Origin: Patescibacteria group bacterium
GTDB taxonomy: Bacteria > Patescibacteriota > Minisyncoccia > Phycocordibacterales > JAKAEA01
Direction of reading: 5' to 3'
DNA length: 64,000 nt
Assembly: GCA_040387855.1 (NCBI GenBank)
Contig: JAZKCY010000001.1
Span: 25,334 to 89,333, forward strand
Shown here: positions 10,924 through 19,790 of the stretch, piece by piece
Position numbering within the stretch: position 1 is the first letter of the stretch
How the letters are laid out: each line of letters opens with the position of its first letter
Position numbers and translations under genes: made by a program
The notes under the pieces: generated by a model
The model's database searches: none
Seen by the model: the letters and a program-made list of their open reading frames with translations, nothing else
What the model was told of the DNA's origin: nothing

Positions 10924-11002
10924 AGTGGGCAAATTAATAGTATCTTAATAATAGATATCATTATTATAGTACATATCTCTGCCACAACAAATGCATACCT
11001 GT

Positions 11003-11725
11003 CTATATCTCTAAAATATATTTCTCTAATGCTACATCAAATTCATGTATTCCCCTTCTCGCTTTGTGATAGATATCAACTAATTTAGCTGAATGCTCTT
11101 TTACTTCTTGTTCGGTATAATTTTTTAGAAATCCCTGAGATTTTTGAAACACAAATGGATTGAGTCCTGACTCCTGAGCTGTTTTTGATTTTGCTGCTTG
11201 AAGCATAGCTTTAATTTGCCAAAACAAAATCCCGTGAATCTCCTCAGGAGCTGAGTTATTCATAAGTGCCTTCTGGTAGAGCACCCACAACTGCTTTCTA
11301 TCTCTTCGTCCTAATGCATCAGTAAGTGAGAATATATTAAAATCTTTATTCTTTTTCTCTGGTTCTTCTTTGAGTGAAAATTCTTGAACCTTCTCCGCAT
11401 TCTTTTCAAATTTTGTGAGTTCTGCTTTGTTAAGTGTCCCTTCAAGGAATACAAAAATATTATCTGAAGCCGCGATGTCTTTAATTCTGGACATTATTTC
11501 TTCTTTCGCCTCTTTATTGCGAAAAACCATATCCATTTCAACAATAGTCTTTGAAGAAAAAAGTCCCATCCCTCCAATATATTCATCTAGATATGAAGGT
11601 TCAAATGTTTCGTCATTTATTTTCACATGTGAAGCATCTGGCTTTTTCTTGATAAGCGAACCCACAAGATCATGAAGCTTGTTGCGAGATTTAATTATAT
11701 CTGAGCCGTACAATAGATAAATCAT
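11003..11725 (-). CDS. holA: DNA polymerase III delta subunit (short HolA-like)
   Basis: MIYLLYGSD N-terminus, GLFSSKTIV, NIFSLTDALG, EIHGILFWQ, GLNPFVFQK. Confidence 0.8.
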   Translation of the reverse strand: MIYLLYGSDIIKSRNKLHDLVGSLIKKKPDASHVKINDETFEPSYLDEYIGGMGLFSSKTIVEMDMVFRNKEAKEEIMSRIKDIAASDNIFVFLEGTLNKAELTKFEKNAEKVQEFSLKEEPEKKNKDFNIFSLTDALGRRDRKQLWVLYQKALMNNSAPEEIHGILFWQIKAMLQAAKSKTAQESGLNPFVFQKSQGFLKNYTEQEVKEHSAKLVDIYHKARRGIHEFDVALEKYILEI

Positions 11726-11742
11726 GCTGAATACAATACTAA

Positions 11743-14139
11743 TTATTTAGATTCCATATCACCCCAGGTTGGTCCTACTGCCTTATTGGCAATTATTGGC
11801 ACACCTTTTGTCTGCTCTAACGTAAGTGTCGTTTGCATAATATCTGGAATAATATCAAACGCTTCCTGAATTTTATCTTCCTTCACTTCAAAAATAAGTT
11901 CGTCATGTACTTGCAAAAGCATTCGCACATCATCTGTGAGTTTCTTTTTCTCAAGAGCTTCATTAATTCTGATCATCGCAACCTTAATCATATCAGCTGA
12001 TGTCCCTTGAATTGGTGCATTAATTGCCATTCGTTCTGCAGATGCTCGAATAAATGGTAAGTGAGAATTGATACCTTCAAAATAGCGGCGACGACCAAGC
12101 ATTGTTTCAGTGAATCCAGTACGTGCGGTTTCTTTTTTCACATCTTCAAGATACTGTGCAATTCCAGTAAATGTAGAAAAGTATTCATTATAAAATCTCT
12201 GGGCTTCTTCTCGAGTTCCTCCAAGATTTGCTTTGAGGGCATTAACGCCCATACCATAGAGAATTCCGAAGTTGATAATCTTTGCTTTACGTCGCATTTC
12301 TTTATCAACTTTTTCTGCAGGTACTTTAAAAACCTGAGCAGCAACTTCAGTATGTACATCTCTTCCAGATTTAAAAATTTCTATAAGCTTTTCGTCGCCA
12401 GAAATGACAGCAGCTAAACGAAGTTCGATCTGTGAGTAATCAAAAGCTACTAGCTTGAAGCCTTTTTCTGCAACAAATCCCTTTCTGATCTTTCTACCAA
12501 GCTCTGATTTAATAGGAATGTTCTGGAGATTAGGATTTTGAGATGACATACGGCCTGTAACTGCGCCGTTTTGTACAAATGTTGTGTGAAGCCGTCCATC
12601 TGCTTCTACAAGAGTTGGTATACTATCTATGTAGGTAGACAAAAGCTTCTGCAATTCTCGATACTGCATTATGCACTGAATAATAGGATGTAAATCGGCG
12701 AGCTTCTCAAGTTCTGATTCTCGAGTCGACATTGCTCCCCCGGCAGTTTTCTTTTGACCCTTGGCTTTTAGACCCATTTTCTCAAAGAGAACAACACCAA
12801 GTTGCTTTGGAGAATTTATATTAAATTCTTCACCAGCATGTTCCCAAATTTCTTTTTGGAGTCTGTCTAAATTAGTGTGATATTCAATACTTAAATTTTT
12901 AAGATAAATAGTATCCACCTTAATCCCCCGGGTATGCATAGCATCAAGCACAGGAAACAATGGAGCTTCTATTTCATTAAATATTTTTGAAAGACCCTTC
13001 TTTTCTATTTCAGCTAAAATAATCTTTCGAGCTTCAGAAAACTTTTTTGTCTTAGCAAATGCATAGATATCTTCAAGTTCTGGATTAGCAAGATTTGAAT
13101 CTATAACCCATAGGGCCAAAGCTGTTTCTCGGAGTTCTTGAGCATCTATCTCTTCTTTATCTTTTTCTTCTTCCTGTGGTGTTTCTATTATGTCTCCAAA
13201 CGCGTCGGTGTGACCCAAAACTTCTTTTACTCTAATACTCAAAGAGCGAAATTCAAGCTCAGTAAAAAGCTTTTCAACAGCATCCATATCTACAGCCTCT
13301 TTCCATTCTTTTTCAGGAATTTTAAAATCAATTGGTGCGTCACGTCGAATAGTAGCTAGCATTTTTGAGAACAATGCTTCTTCTTCCCCATCTTCTAAAA
13401 GCTGTGCTATACGTGGAGATACTCCTGCTTCTTTTTGAAACTTTTCTTTGTCTTTTTTAAGAGCTACATACATTTCTTCTATAGTTCCAAACTTTTGAAT
13501 AAGAGTTGTTGCTGTTTTTTCTCCAATGCCTTTGATACCAATAATATTGTCTGAGGTATCACCACGTAATCCTTTAAAATCAGTGAGAAACTTTGGTAGA
13601 AATCCAAAGCGTTCTACCACGGCTGCCTCATCATATAAAATAGTATCTTTAATTCCCTTTCGAAGCGTGTAGACCTGCACTTTGCCATCTTTCACAAGCT
13701 GCATGGTATCCATATCACCCGATGAGATAACAATTTCATACTCATCATTTTTATCCATGATTTCACAAATAGTACCGAGCATGTCGTCGGCTTCAAATCC
13801 AGGCTTATCATATATAGGTATAGAAAACGCCTCAAAAATCTTTCGAGAACTTTTCATTTGGGCCACAAGTTCTGGATCTGCTTTTTTACGTCCAGCTTTA
13901 TATTCTTTATAAGCTTCGTGTCGGTATGTGGCCTGAGGAAGATCGTAACAGGCAATAACATAGCTTGGCTTAAGTTCTTCAATGATCTTCATGATCATTG
14001 TTGATAGACCATAAAGAGCTCCTGTTGGCTCACCTTTTGAAGACGCAAAGTCGGGCATTGCATGATACGCTCGATGCAAAATTGCATGAGCATCGAGAAG
14101 GATAATTCGCTTTTTATCTGAGAGTTTTGGTCGTGGCAT
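11743..14139 (-). CDS. polA: DNA polymerase I (5'-3' exonuclease plus polymerase; proofreading domain largely missing)
   Basis: LLDAHAILHRAYHA, EADD, GDTSDNI, DYSQIELR, KIINFGILYGMG, QVHDEL; ATG 14139 lies 6 nt after a TATAAT. Confidence 0.96.
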   Translation of the reverse strand: MPRPKLSDKKRIILLDAHAILHRAYHAMPDFASSKGEPTGALYGLSTMIMKIIEELKPSYVIACYDLPQATYRHEAYKEYKAGRKKADPELVAQMKSSRKIFEAFSIPIYDKPGFEADDMLGTICEIMDKNDEYEIVISSGDMDTMQLVKDGKVQVYTLRKGIKDTILYDEAAVVERFGFLPKFLTDFKGLRGDTSDNIIGIKGIGEKTATTLIQKFGTIEEMYVALKKDKEKFQKEAGVSPRIAQLLEDGEEEALFSKMLATIRRDAPIDFKIPEKEWKEAVDMDAVEKLFTELEFRSLSIRVKEVLGHTDAFGDIIETPQEEEKDKEEIDAQELRETALALWVIDSNLANPELEDIYAFAKTKKFSEARKIILAEIEKKGLSKIFNEIEAPLFPVLDAMHTRGIKVDTIYLKNLSIEYHTNLDRLQKEIWEHAGEEFNINSPKQLGVVLFEKMGLKAKGQKKTAGGAMSTRESELEKLADLHPIIQCIMQYRELQKLLSTYIDSIPTLVEADGRLHTTFVQNGAVTGRMSSQNPNLQNIPIKSELGRKIRKGFVAEKGFKLVAFDYSQIELRLAAVISGDEKLIEIFKSGRDVHTEVAAQVFKVPAEKVDKEMRRKAKIINFGILYGMGVNALKANLGGTREEAQRFYNEYFSTFTGIAQYLEDVKKETARTGFTETMLGRRRYFEGINSHLPFIRASAERMAINAPIQGTSADMIKVAMIRINEALEKKKLTDDVRMLLQVHDELIFEVKEDKIQEAFDIIPDIMQTTLTLEQTKGVPIIANKAVGPTWGDMESK

Positions 14140-14146
14140 TGAGGTA

Positions 14147-14578
14147 TTATACAACTTCTATATCTCTTGTCGTTTCATCCACAACAGTAAACACTATTTT
14201 CTGAATTTGTGTAGGTAAAATCCCTGATACTTTCTCTGGCCATTCTAAAAATATAAGATTTTTAGGGTTAGAAATAATTTCCTTCCAGCCTAAATTAACG
14301 AGTTCTTCTTCCCTATCCAATCTGTACGCATCTATATGAATAAGATGATCAAAAGTAGCATGATCCAGCTTATATATTTTTTCTATAATAAATGTAGGAC
14401 TTGTCACTGTTTCGGTAACCCCTAAGGCTTCCGCTACAGATTGTGTAAAAGTAGTTTTACCAGCACCAAGGTTGCCATAAAGACCTACAAGAGTTGCCTG
14501 TGGACCGGGTATAAATGTTGCAACTACCTGTTTTGCAAGCGCTTTTGTTTGTTCAAGATTTGAGCATCGTACTTTCAT
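14147..14578 (-). CDS. tsaE: tRNA threonylcarbamoyladenosine biosynthesis ATPase TsaE
   Basis: GNLGAGKTTF, VTSPTF, HIDAYRL, FLEWPE. Confidence 0.95.
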   Translation of the reverse strand: MKVRCSNLEQTKALAKQVVATFIPGPQATLVGLYGNLGAGKTTFTQSVAEALGVTETVTSPTFIIEKIYKLDHATFDHLIHIDAYRLDREEELVNLGWKEIISNPKNLIFLEWPEKVSGILPTQIQKIVFTVVDETTRDIEVV

Positions 14579-14605
14579 ATATAAGGCATAGTACCACAAA
14601 CGAAA

Positions 14606-14636
14606 GGGCGCGCTTCACATCTTGCGAAGCGCGCCC
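14606..14636 (-). terminator. GC-rich intrinsic terminator of the lipoprotein gene
   Basis: Minus strand GGGCGCGCTTCGCA-AGA-TGTGAAGCGCGCCC followed by TTTCGTTT. Confidence 0.75.
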
Positions 14637-14674
14637 GGTTGTACTTTAAAGAACCTCCTTGTTCTTTACCTGTT

Positions 14675-15211
14675 TTACTTGTTGTACCACGCACCGTTGC
14701 GTAGCACACGAGGGCCTGGGCCGCTCGATTTGGACGTGCCGCTCGAAGATTTGGTCTTCTGCTGCCTGTCCTGAATCGGAATGGCCGGTGGCGTGTAGGA
14801 ACGGATGTCCCATCGCACCACCTCATGACGGATCTGCGCTCGGCGCCCGAGGACCTCGTTCTCCGCGAACCGAATGGCTCGTGTAGCAGCGTTCCCGAGG
14901 AACACCTGCTTCGGAGTGCCATAGCCTTCCTTGCGGAAGACCTTGGCTTCGAGGTGTACTTTGCCACCGGAAGCAGCATAGCCCACATCGACGCGAGCCG
15001 TCTCAGGGTACCCGATGATCGAATCCTTGAAGGAACCGTCGGGCTGCCAGATGTCGCAGAGGTGGCCATTGCCGTAGATCTCGATCACGGTATCAGCGAT
15101 GCTGTTGCTGACCACCAATGTGTTGGAACTTGGACGAGGCCCTGTGCAGCCCACCGAAGCCGAAGCGACGATGGCGAGCAAAACGGCCGGAATCAGGGAC
15201 GAAACACGCAT
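14675..15211 (-). CDS. Putative lipoprotein of unknown function, high GC
   Basis: MRVSSLIPAVLLAIVASASVG-C lipobox-like signal; GGAG Shine-Dalgarno 6 nt before the ATG; own promoter and terminator. Confidence 0.7.
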   Translation of the reverse strand: MRVSSLIPAVLLAIVASASVGCTGPRPSSNTLVVSNSIADTVIEIYGNGHLCDIWQPDGSFKDSIIGYPETARVDVGYAASGGKVHLEAKVFRKEGYGTPKQVFLGNAATRAIRFAENEVLGRRAQIRHEVVRWDIRSYTPPAIPIQDRQQKTKSSSGTSKSSGPGPRVLRNGAWYNK

Positions 15212-15268
15212 GTCGGACTCCAAAAAACGCTGAAAAACAAAGATATTGAACGTGAAACCTCAGACCCA

Positions 15269-15297
15269 ATTATAGCACTATTTACAGCAAAAGTCAA
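15269..15297 (-). promoter_or_regulatory. Near-consensus sigma70 promoter for the high-GC lipoprotein gene
   Basis: Minus strand TTGACT-17 nt-TATAAT with extended -10 TG. Confidence 0.7.
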
Positions 15298-15349
15298 TAT
15301 ATACTTATACACTACATTTCCCCTGTATTAAATGAGATAATGTCTCTAT

Positions 15350-17026
15350 ATGGTTGTCTTTGACGAAGAAAAGCAGGATAAAAAATTAGAAGATTTGCAT
15401 CGCGATGAAGAAGAAGGATTAGCTAAAGCTTTATCAACACGATACGGTATTCATTATATAGATCTCACGACTGTTGCTATTAATAGTGATGCCCTTCGCG
15501 TGGTAAAAGAAGAAGATGCTCGAGACGCAACGCTTGCGGTTTTTGATATCGTTGGTAAAAAAATTAAAGTTGCTGTCCTTGCGCCTGGAAATCCAAAGAC
15601 TGAGGCTATTCTTGAGGATCTTAAAACTAAGGGATACATTCCAACCCTCTACATGGTTTCTATTGATAGTCTTAAAAAAGTATGGGTTCGCTATAAAGAC
15701 CTTTCTTTTTCTTTTGAAACAAAGGGTGGAGCTCTTGATATTTCTAATGACGAAATCACAAACTTCCTTAAAGATGTGCACAGTGTTGAGGATGTAAAAC
15801 GACTTATCGACACTACCCTCACCCAAAAGAAGGGCTACAAGATTTCACGACTTCTTGAAATCATGATTTCAAGTGCTCTTGCCTTGAAAGCTTCTGACCT
15901 TCATATTGAACCTGAAGAAAAATTTGTCCGTATTCGATTTCGTATCGACGGCGTGCTTAATGACTTTTTGCACTTTGATCACGATACCTTCCGACTGCTC
16001 CTTTCTCGAATCAAATTGATTGCAGGAATGAAACTCAATCTTAACGGTGCTCAAGACGGCCGATTTAGTATTATGCTTGAAGATACTGAAATTGAAATTC
16101 GAGCATCAATTTTGCCAGGAGCATATGGAAACTCTATAGTGCTTCGAGTTCTCAATCCTAGTGCTATCAATGTATCACTCGAATCGATGGGTATTCCTCC
16201 AAAGCTTCTAGAAATACTATTAAGAGAAGTAGAAAAACCGGAAGGCATGATCCTAACCACAGGCCCTACCGGTTCCGGAAAAACCACTACCCTCTATGCT
16301 TTTTTACGCAAGGTTTTTAGCCCTGAGATTAAAGTTATTACTATTGAAAACCCCGTTGAATATCACCTTCCAGGCATCGTGCAAACACAGATTAATCCAG
16401 ATACTGGATACACATTCTTAGAAGGTTTGCGTTCAGCACTTCGACAAGATCCCGACATTATCATGGTTGGAGAAATTCGAGATACAGAGACAGCAGAAAT
16501 CGCAGTAAACTCAGCGCTTACTGGCCACTTAGTGTTCTCTACCCTTCACACAAATAATGCAGCTGGAACATTTCCACGTCTTATAGACCTTGGAGTAGAT
16601 CCAAAAATTCTCACATCAGCACTTTCTGTTTCAATGGCACAACGATTGGTGCGACGACTTTGTACCTGTGCTGAAGAAATGCCAATAGAAGGCCGAGATA
16701 AAATTATTATTGATAGAATCTTGGGGACTATAAAAAATGTGAGTGAATACTTGCCTACAATTCCTACTATTATTGGAAAAGCAAAAGGCTGTGAAAAATG
16801 TAACTTCACAGGATATAAAGGACGCGTGGGAGTATTTGAAGCAATTCTTCGAAGTGAAAAAGTTGAACAAGCTATTCGAGAAAATCCAAGTGAGCGAGAA
16901 ATTTGGAAAGCTGCTGAAGATCAGGGTATCTTAAATATGAAACAAGACGGAATTATTAAAATTCTCCAAAAAATGACGTCTATTCAGGAGTTAGAACGAG
17001 TGATCGACCTTGAAGCCGAGCTCTAG
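15350..17026 (+). CDS. pilB: GspE/PilB family type IV pilus assembly ATPase
   Basis: ASDLHIEP, QDGR, GPTGSGKTTT, ENPVEY, LRQDPDIIMVGEIRD, TGHLVFSTLH, CxC...CxxC...GYKGR. Confidence 0.9.
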   Translation: MVVFDEEKQDKKLEDLHRDEEEGLAKALSTRYGIHYIDLTTVAINSDALRVVKEEDARDATLAVFDIVGKKIKVAVLAPGNPKTEAILEDLKTKGYIPTLYMVSIDSLKKVWVRYKDLSFSFETKGGALDISNDEITNFLKDVHSVEDVKRLIDTTLTQKKGYKISRLLEIMISSALALKASDLHIEPEEKFVRIRFRIDGVLNDFLHFDHDTFRLLLSRIKLIAGMKLNLNGAQDGRFSIMLEDTEIEIRASILPGAYGNSIVLRVLNPSAINVSLESMGIPPKLLEILLREVEKPEGMILTTGPTGSGKTTTLYAFLRKVFSPEIKVITIENPVEYHLPGIVQTQINPDTGYTFLEGLRSALRQDPDIIMVGEIRDTETAEIAVNSALTGHLVFSTLHTNNAAGTFPRLIDLGVDPKILTSALSVSMAQRLVRRLCTCAEEMPIEGRDKIIIDRILGTIKNVSEYLPTIPTIIGKAKGCEKCNFTGYKGRVGVFEAILRSEKVEQAIRENPSEREIWKAAEDQGILNMKQDGIIKILQKMTSIQELERVIDLEAEL

Positions 17027-17106
17027 CAACAATACAAAACAAAACTGTGTATTGTGAAGTTGTGCCTTTTATAAAATAGCGTACTATTCTATATGTGGGC
17101 ACAAGA

Positions 17107-17277
17107 AAATCCGCCCCATGAATCTCTAGACAATACTTTTAATAATGAACATTAAAAGTTAAATGTTTCTCTAAGTAGTACCACAGTACGTTACACAAGG
17201 TAACAACCAGAGTACACTCGAATAAACACTATGTAACCTCGGAAGGCTTTTTGTCTAGAGATTTATAGCGCGGATTT
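17107..17277. ncRNA. Candidate structured RNA or inverted-repeat element upstream of ruvB
   Basis: 27-bp terminal stem (24 Watson-Crick pairs) enclosing several small hairpins; plus-strand promoter-like TTGTGC-16-TACTAT just upstream. Confidence 0.4.
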
Positions 17278-17332
17278 AAAAAAACATACCTCATCAATAG
17301 GTATGGATGTATACTATCACGAAACAATACCA

Positions 17333-18352
17333 ATGTCAAGCGACTTTGAGCCACAAATTCCTCCGCAGGAAGATAAACTATTCTTAGATACAGCACTACG
17401 CCCTAGTCAGTGGGACGATTATATAGGTCAAAAAGCAATCAAGGATAATCTCAACATTCTTTTAACTGCTGCTCGTGAACGAAATACTGTTCCTGAACAT
17501 ATCCTTTTTTATGGCCCTCCAGGACTTGGAAAGACTACCTTGGCTCATCTTGTTGCAAAAGAAATGAACGCCCAAATTAAAGTCACCTCGGGCCCTGCTA
17601 TTGAAAAGGTTGGTGATCTTGCATCAGTGCTCACCAATCTGTCTCCTGGTGATATTTTGTTTATAGACGAGATCCATCGACTTAATAAAGCTATTGAAGA
17701 AATATTATATCCTGCCATGGAATCAGGAAGTTTGGATATTATTATTGGTAAAGGTCCATCAGCCCGCACTATTCAGCTTGATCTTCCGCCGTTTACTCTT
17801 ATTGCAGCTACAACACGGATTTCGCTTCTCTCTTCCCCACTTCGATCACGGTTTTCTGGAGGAGTATTTCGATTGGAATTTTATACTAATGAAGAAATCG
17901 AAGAAATCGTAAAACGATCTTCAAAAATTCTAACTATCGAAATTGGAAATGAAGGTGCTGCAGAAATTGCAAAACGCAGCCGTTCAACTCCACGAACAGC
18001 CAACTACTTTTTAAAACGCTGTCGTGATTATGCGCAAGTTCACAAAACCGATCTTGATAAAACAGCAGTAGATAAAGCTCTTGATATGCTTGGTATTGAT
18101 GACAAAGGACTTACTGCTTCTGATCGATCTATCCTTGAAGCTATTATTAAAAAATACAACGGCGGCCCTGTAGGATTAAATACTATCGCAGCGTCTCTTT
18201 CAGAAGAGCAAGCAACAATAGAGGAATTTAATGAGCCATACTTATTGCAAATCGGTATGCTCGAACGAACATCTCGAGGGCGTACTGCGACTGACGCAGC
18301 ATATACTCATTTAGGTATGAAACCACCTGAACGACAAGAAAAGTTGATCTAG
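17333..18352 (+). CDS. ruvB: Holliday junction DNA helicase RuvB
   Basis: LRP..WDDYIGQ, GPPGLGKTT, TSGPA, FIDEIHR, PLRSRF, EPYL. Confidence 0.97.
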   Translation: MSSDFEPQIPPQEDKLFLDTALRPSQWDDYIGQKAIKDNLNILLTAARERNTVPEHILFYGPPGLGKTTLAHLVAKEMNAQIKVTSGPAIEKVGDLASVLTNLSPGDILFIDEIHRLNKAIEEILYPAMESGSLDIIIGKGPSARTIQLDLPPFTLIAATTRISLLSSPLRSRFSGGVFRLEFYTNEEIEEIVKRSSKILTIEIGNEGAAEIAKRSRSTPRTANYFLKRCRDYAQVHKTDLDKTAVDKALDMLGIDDKGLTASDRSILEAIIKKYNGGPVGLNTIAASLSEEQATIEEFNEPYLLQIGMLERTSRGRTATDAAYTHLGMKPPERQEKLI

Positions 18353-18381
18353 CTACGCTCTATTGTTACTATAGTTACACT

Positions 18382-18912
18382 ATGGCAGGACATAATAAAT
18401 GGTCAAAAATTAAGCGACAAAAAGGTGCTTCAGATGCACAAAAGAGTAAGACATTTACTAAGCTCGTTCGATATATCACCGTTGAAGCTAAAAAATCCGC
18501 TGGTAATCTTGCTTCTCCAGGACTTGCAGCAGCAATAAAAAAAGCCAAAGAAAGTAATATGCCAAACGATACTATTGATCGTGCGGTAAAGAAAGCAACC
18601 ACTGACAATTCTGCATCAATGGAAAACATTACTTATGAAGCGTATGGCCCAGGAGGTTGTGCGCTTGTTATTGAAACCCTCACTGATAATAGAAATAAAG
18701 CTGCTCAGGAAATCAAACATATTCTCTCTAAGAACGGCTTTGCATTAGCTGCCATGGGCGCTGCTACATGGGCATTTAAAAAAGAACATCAGGAATGGAT
18801 TCCAGAAACAACAACTCCCCTTTCTCCAGAAGATAGCACCAAACTTGAAGAACTTATGAACGAGCTTGAAGAAAACGATGAGGTGCAAGAAGTATACACA
18901 AACGCTGAATAA
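18382..18912 (+). CDS. yebC: YebC/PmpR family protein (short form)
   Basis: MAGHNKWSKIK, YEAYGPGG, TDNRNK, DEVQEVYTN; adjacent to ruvC. Confidence 0.93.
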   Translation: MAGHNKWSKIKRQKGASDAQKSKTFTKLVRYITVEAKKSAGNLASPGLAAAIKKAKESNMPNDTIDRAVKKATTDNSASMENITYEAYGPGGCALVIETLTDNRNKAAQEIKHILSKNGFALAAMGAATWAFKKEHQEWIPETTTPLSPEDSTKLEELMNELEENDEVQEVYTNAE

Positions 18913-18914
18913 TC

Positions 18915-19406
18915 ATGCGAATCATTGCTATAGATCCTGGCTACGAACGCCTAGGCATTGCCATCTTAGATAAAGAACCACGTGGAAAAGAAATGCTCGT
19001 ATATTCTAATTGCTTTTTTACACCAAAAACAAAAGCCCATCACGAACGTCTAGCAATGGTAGCCGAAGAAATTGCTCGAATTATTAATGAGTTTAATCCA
19101 GAAGCGTTAGCTATAGAAACACTCTTCTTTAGTAAAAACACTACAACAGCGTTGCTAGTAGCAGAGGCACGAGGAGTAATACTTGCTGAATGTTCACGCA
19201 AAGGACTGAAAGTATACGAGTATAATCCGTCTGCTATTAAGATAGCCGTAACAGGACATGGTAAAAGTGATAAAACCCAAGTTACAGCTATGGTTGAGCG
19301 ACTAGTAGCTATTTCAAAGCCTATCAAATATGACGACGAATATGACGCAATAGCCGTAGGAATAACGCTTTTTGCGACAGAACGATTTGGTTATCCACAA
19401 AAATGA
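18915..19406 (+). CDS. ruvC: Holliday junction resolvase RuvC
   Basis: IAIDPG, IETLFF, EARGVI, IKIAVTGHGKSDK, DDEYDAIAVG. Confidence 0.95.
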   Translation: MRIIAIDPGYERLGIAILDKEPRGKEMLVYSNCFFTPKTKAHHERLAMVAEEIARIINEFNPEALAIETLFFSKNTTTALLVAEARGVILAECSRKGLKVYEYNPSAIKIAVTGHGKSDKTQVTAMVERLVAISKPIKYDDEYDAIAVGITLFATERFGYPQK

Positions 19407-19486
19407 TTCTAAATATTTGCAAAAAAATAGCGGATTTGATACAACGAGGTGACAAAAAATTATAAAGATCATTTAGAAATAGAAAA

Positions 19487-19741
19487 ATGGGTAAAGGCAT
19501 GATTCAAGATGAATACACATCATTAGATGAAAACGAAGTCTCCTTCAGTGAATTAGAGGAGGACGAAGACGATGATGATAAAGATGAGGATGATGAAGAA
19601 GCTCCCATCACCGAGGATGATGACGACGATGCTGTAGATGAAGAAGATGAAGATTGGGATGCAGAAGATGATGCATTTGGAGATGAAGAGGATGCAGAAG
19701 ATGATGCATTTGGAATCGATAAAGACGAAGAAGAATATTAA
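19487..19741 (+). CDS. Small extremely acidic protein
   Basis: 84-aa ORF, mostly Asp/Glu, followed by a terminator; contains a 24-nt internal direct repeat. Confidence 0.65.
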   Translation: MGKGMIQDEYTSLDENEVSFSELEEDEDDDDKDEDDEEAPITEDDDDDAVDEEDEDWDAEDDAFGDEEDAEDDAFGIDKDEEEY

Positions 19742-19785
19742 AATAAAAACACCCACACTGATCCAGTGCGGGTATTTTTATTTTA
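19741..19785. terminator. Bidirectional terminator
   Basis: ACCCACACTG/CAGTGCGGGT stem flanked by A and T tracts between convergent genes. Confidence 0.6.
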
Positions 19786-19790
19786 ATATT

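Noticed and set aside
5029-11000. tRNA-anchored integrative island
   Set aside because: No duplicated tRNA 3' end and no integrase seen at the far boundary, so mobility is unsupported
11743-14139. Short PolA as a pseudogene
   Set aside because: Reading frame and catalytic motifs are intact; loss of the proofreading domain is common in reduced genomes
14575-15331. Overlapping 164-aa, 168-aa and 75-aa ORFs in the GC-rich patch
   Set aside because: Shadow frames from stop-codon scarcity; only the lipoprotein frame has an SD, promoter, signal peptide and terminator
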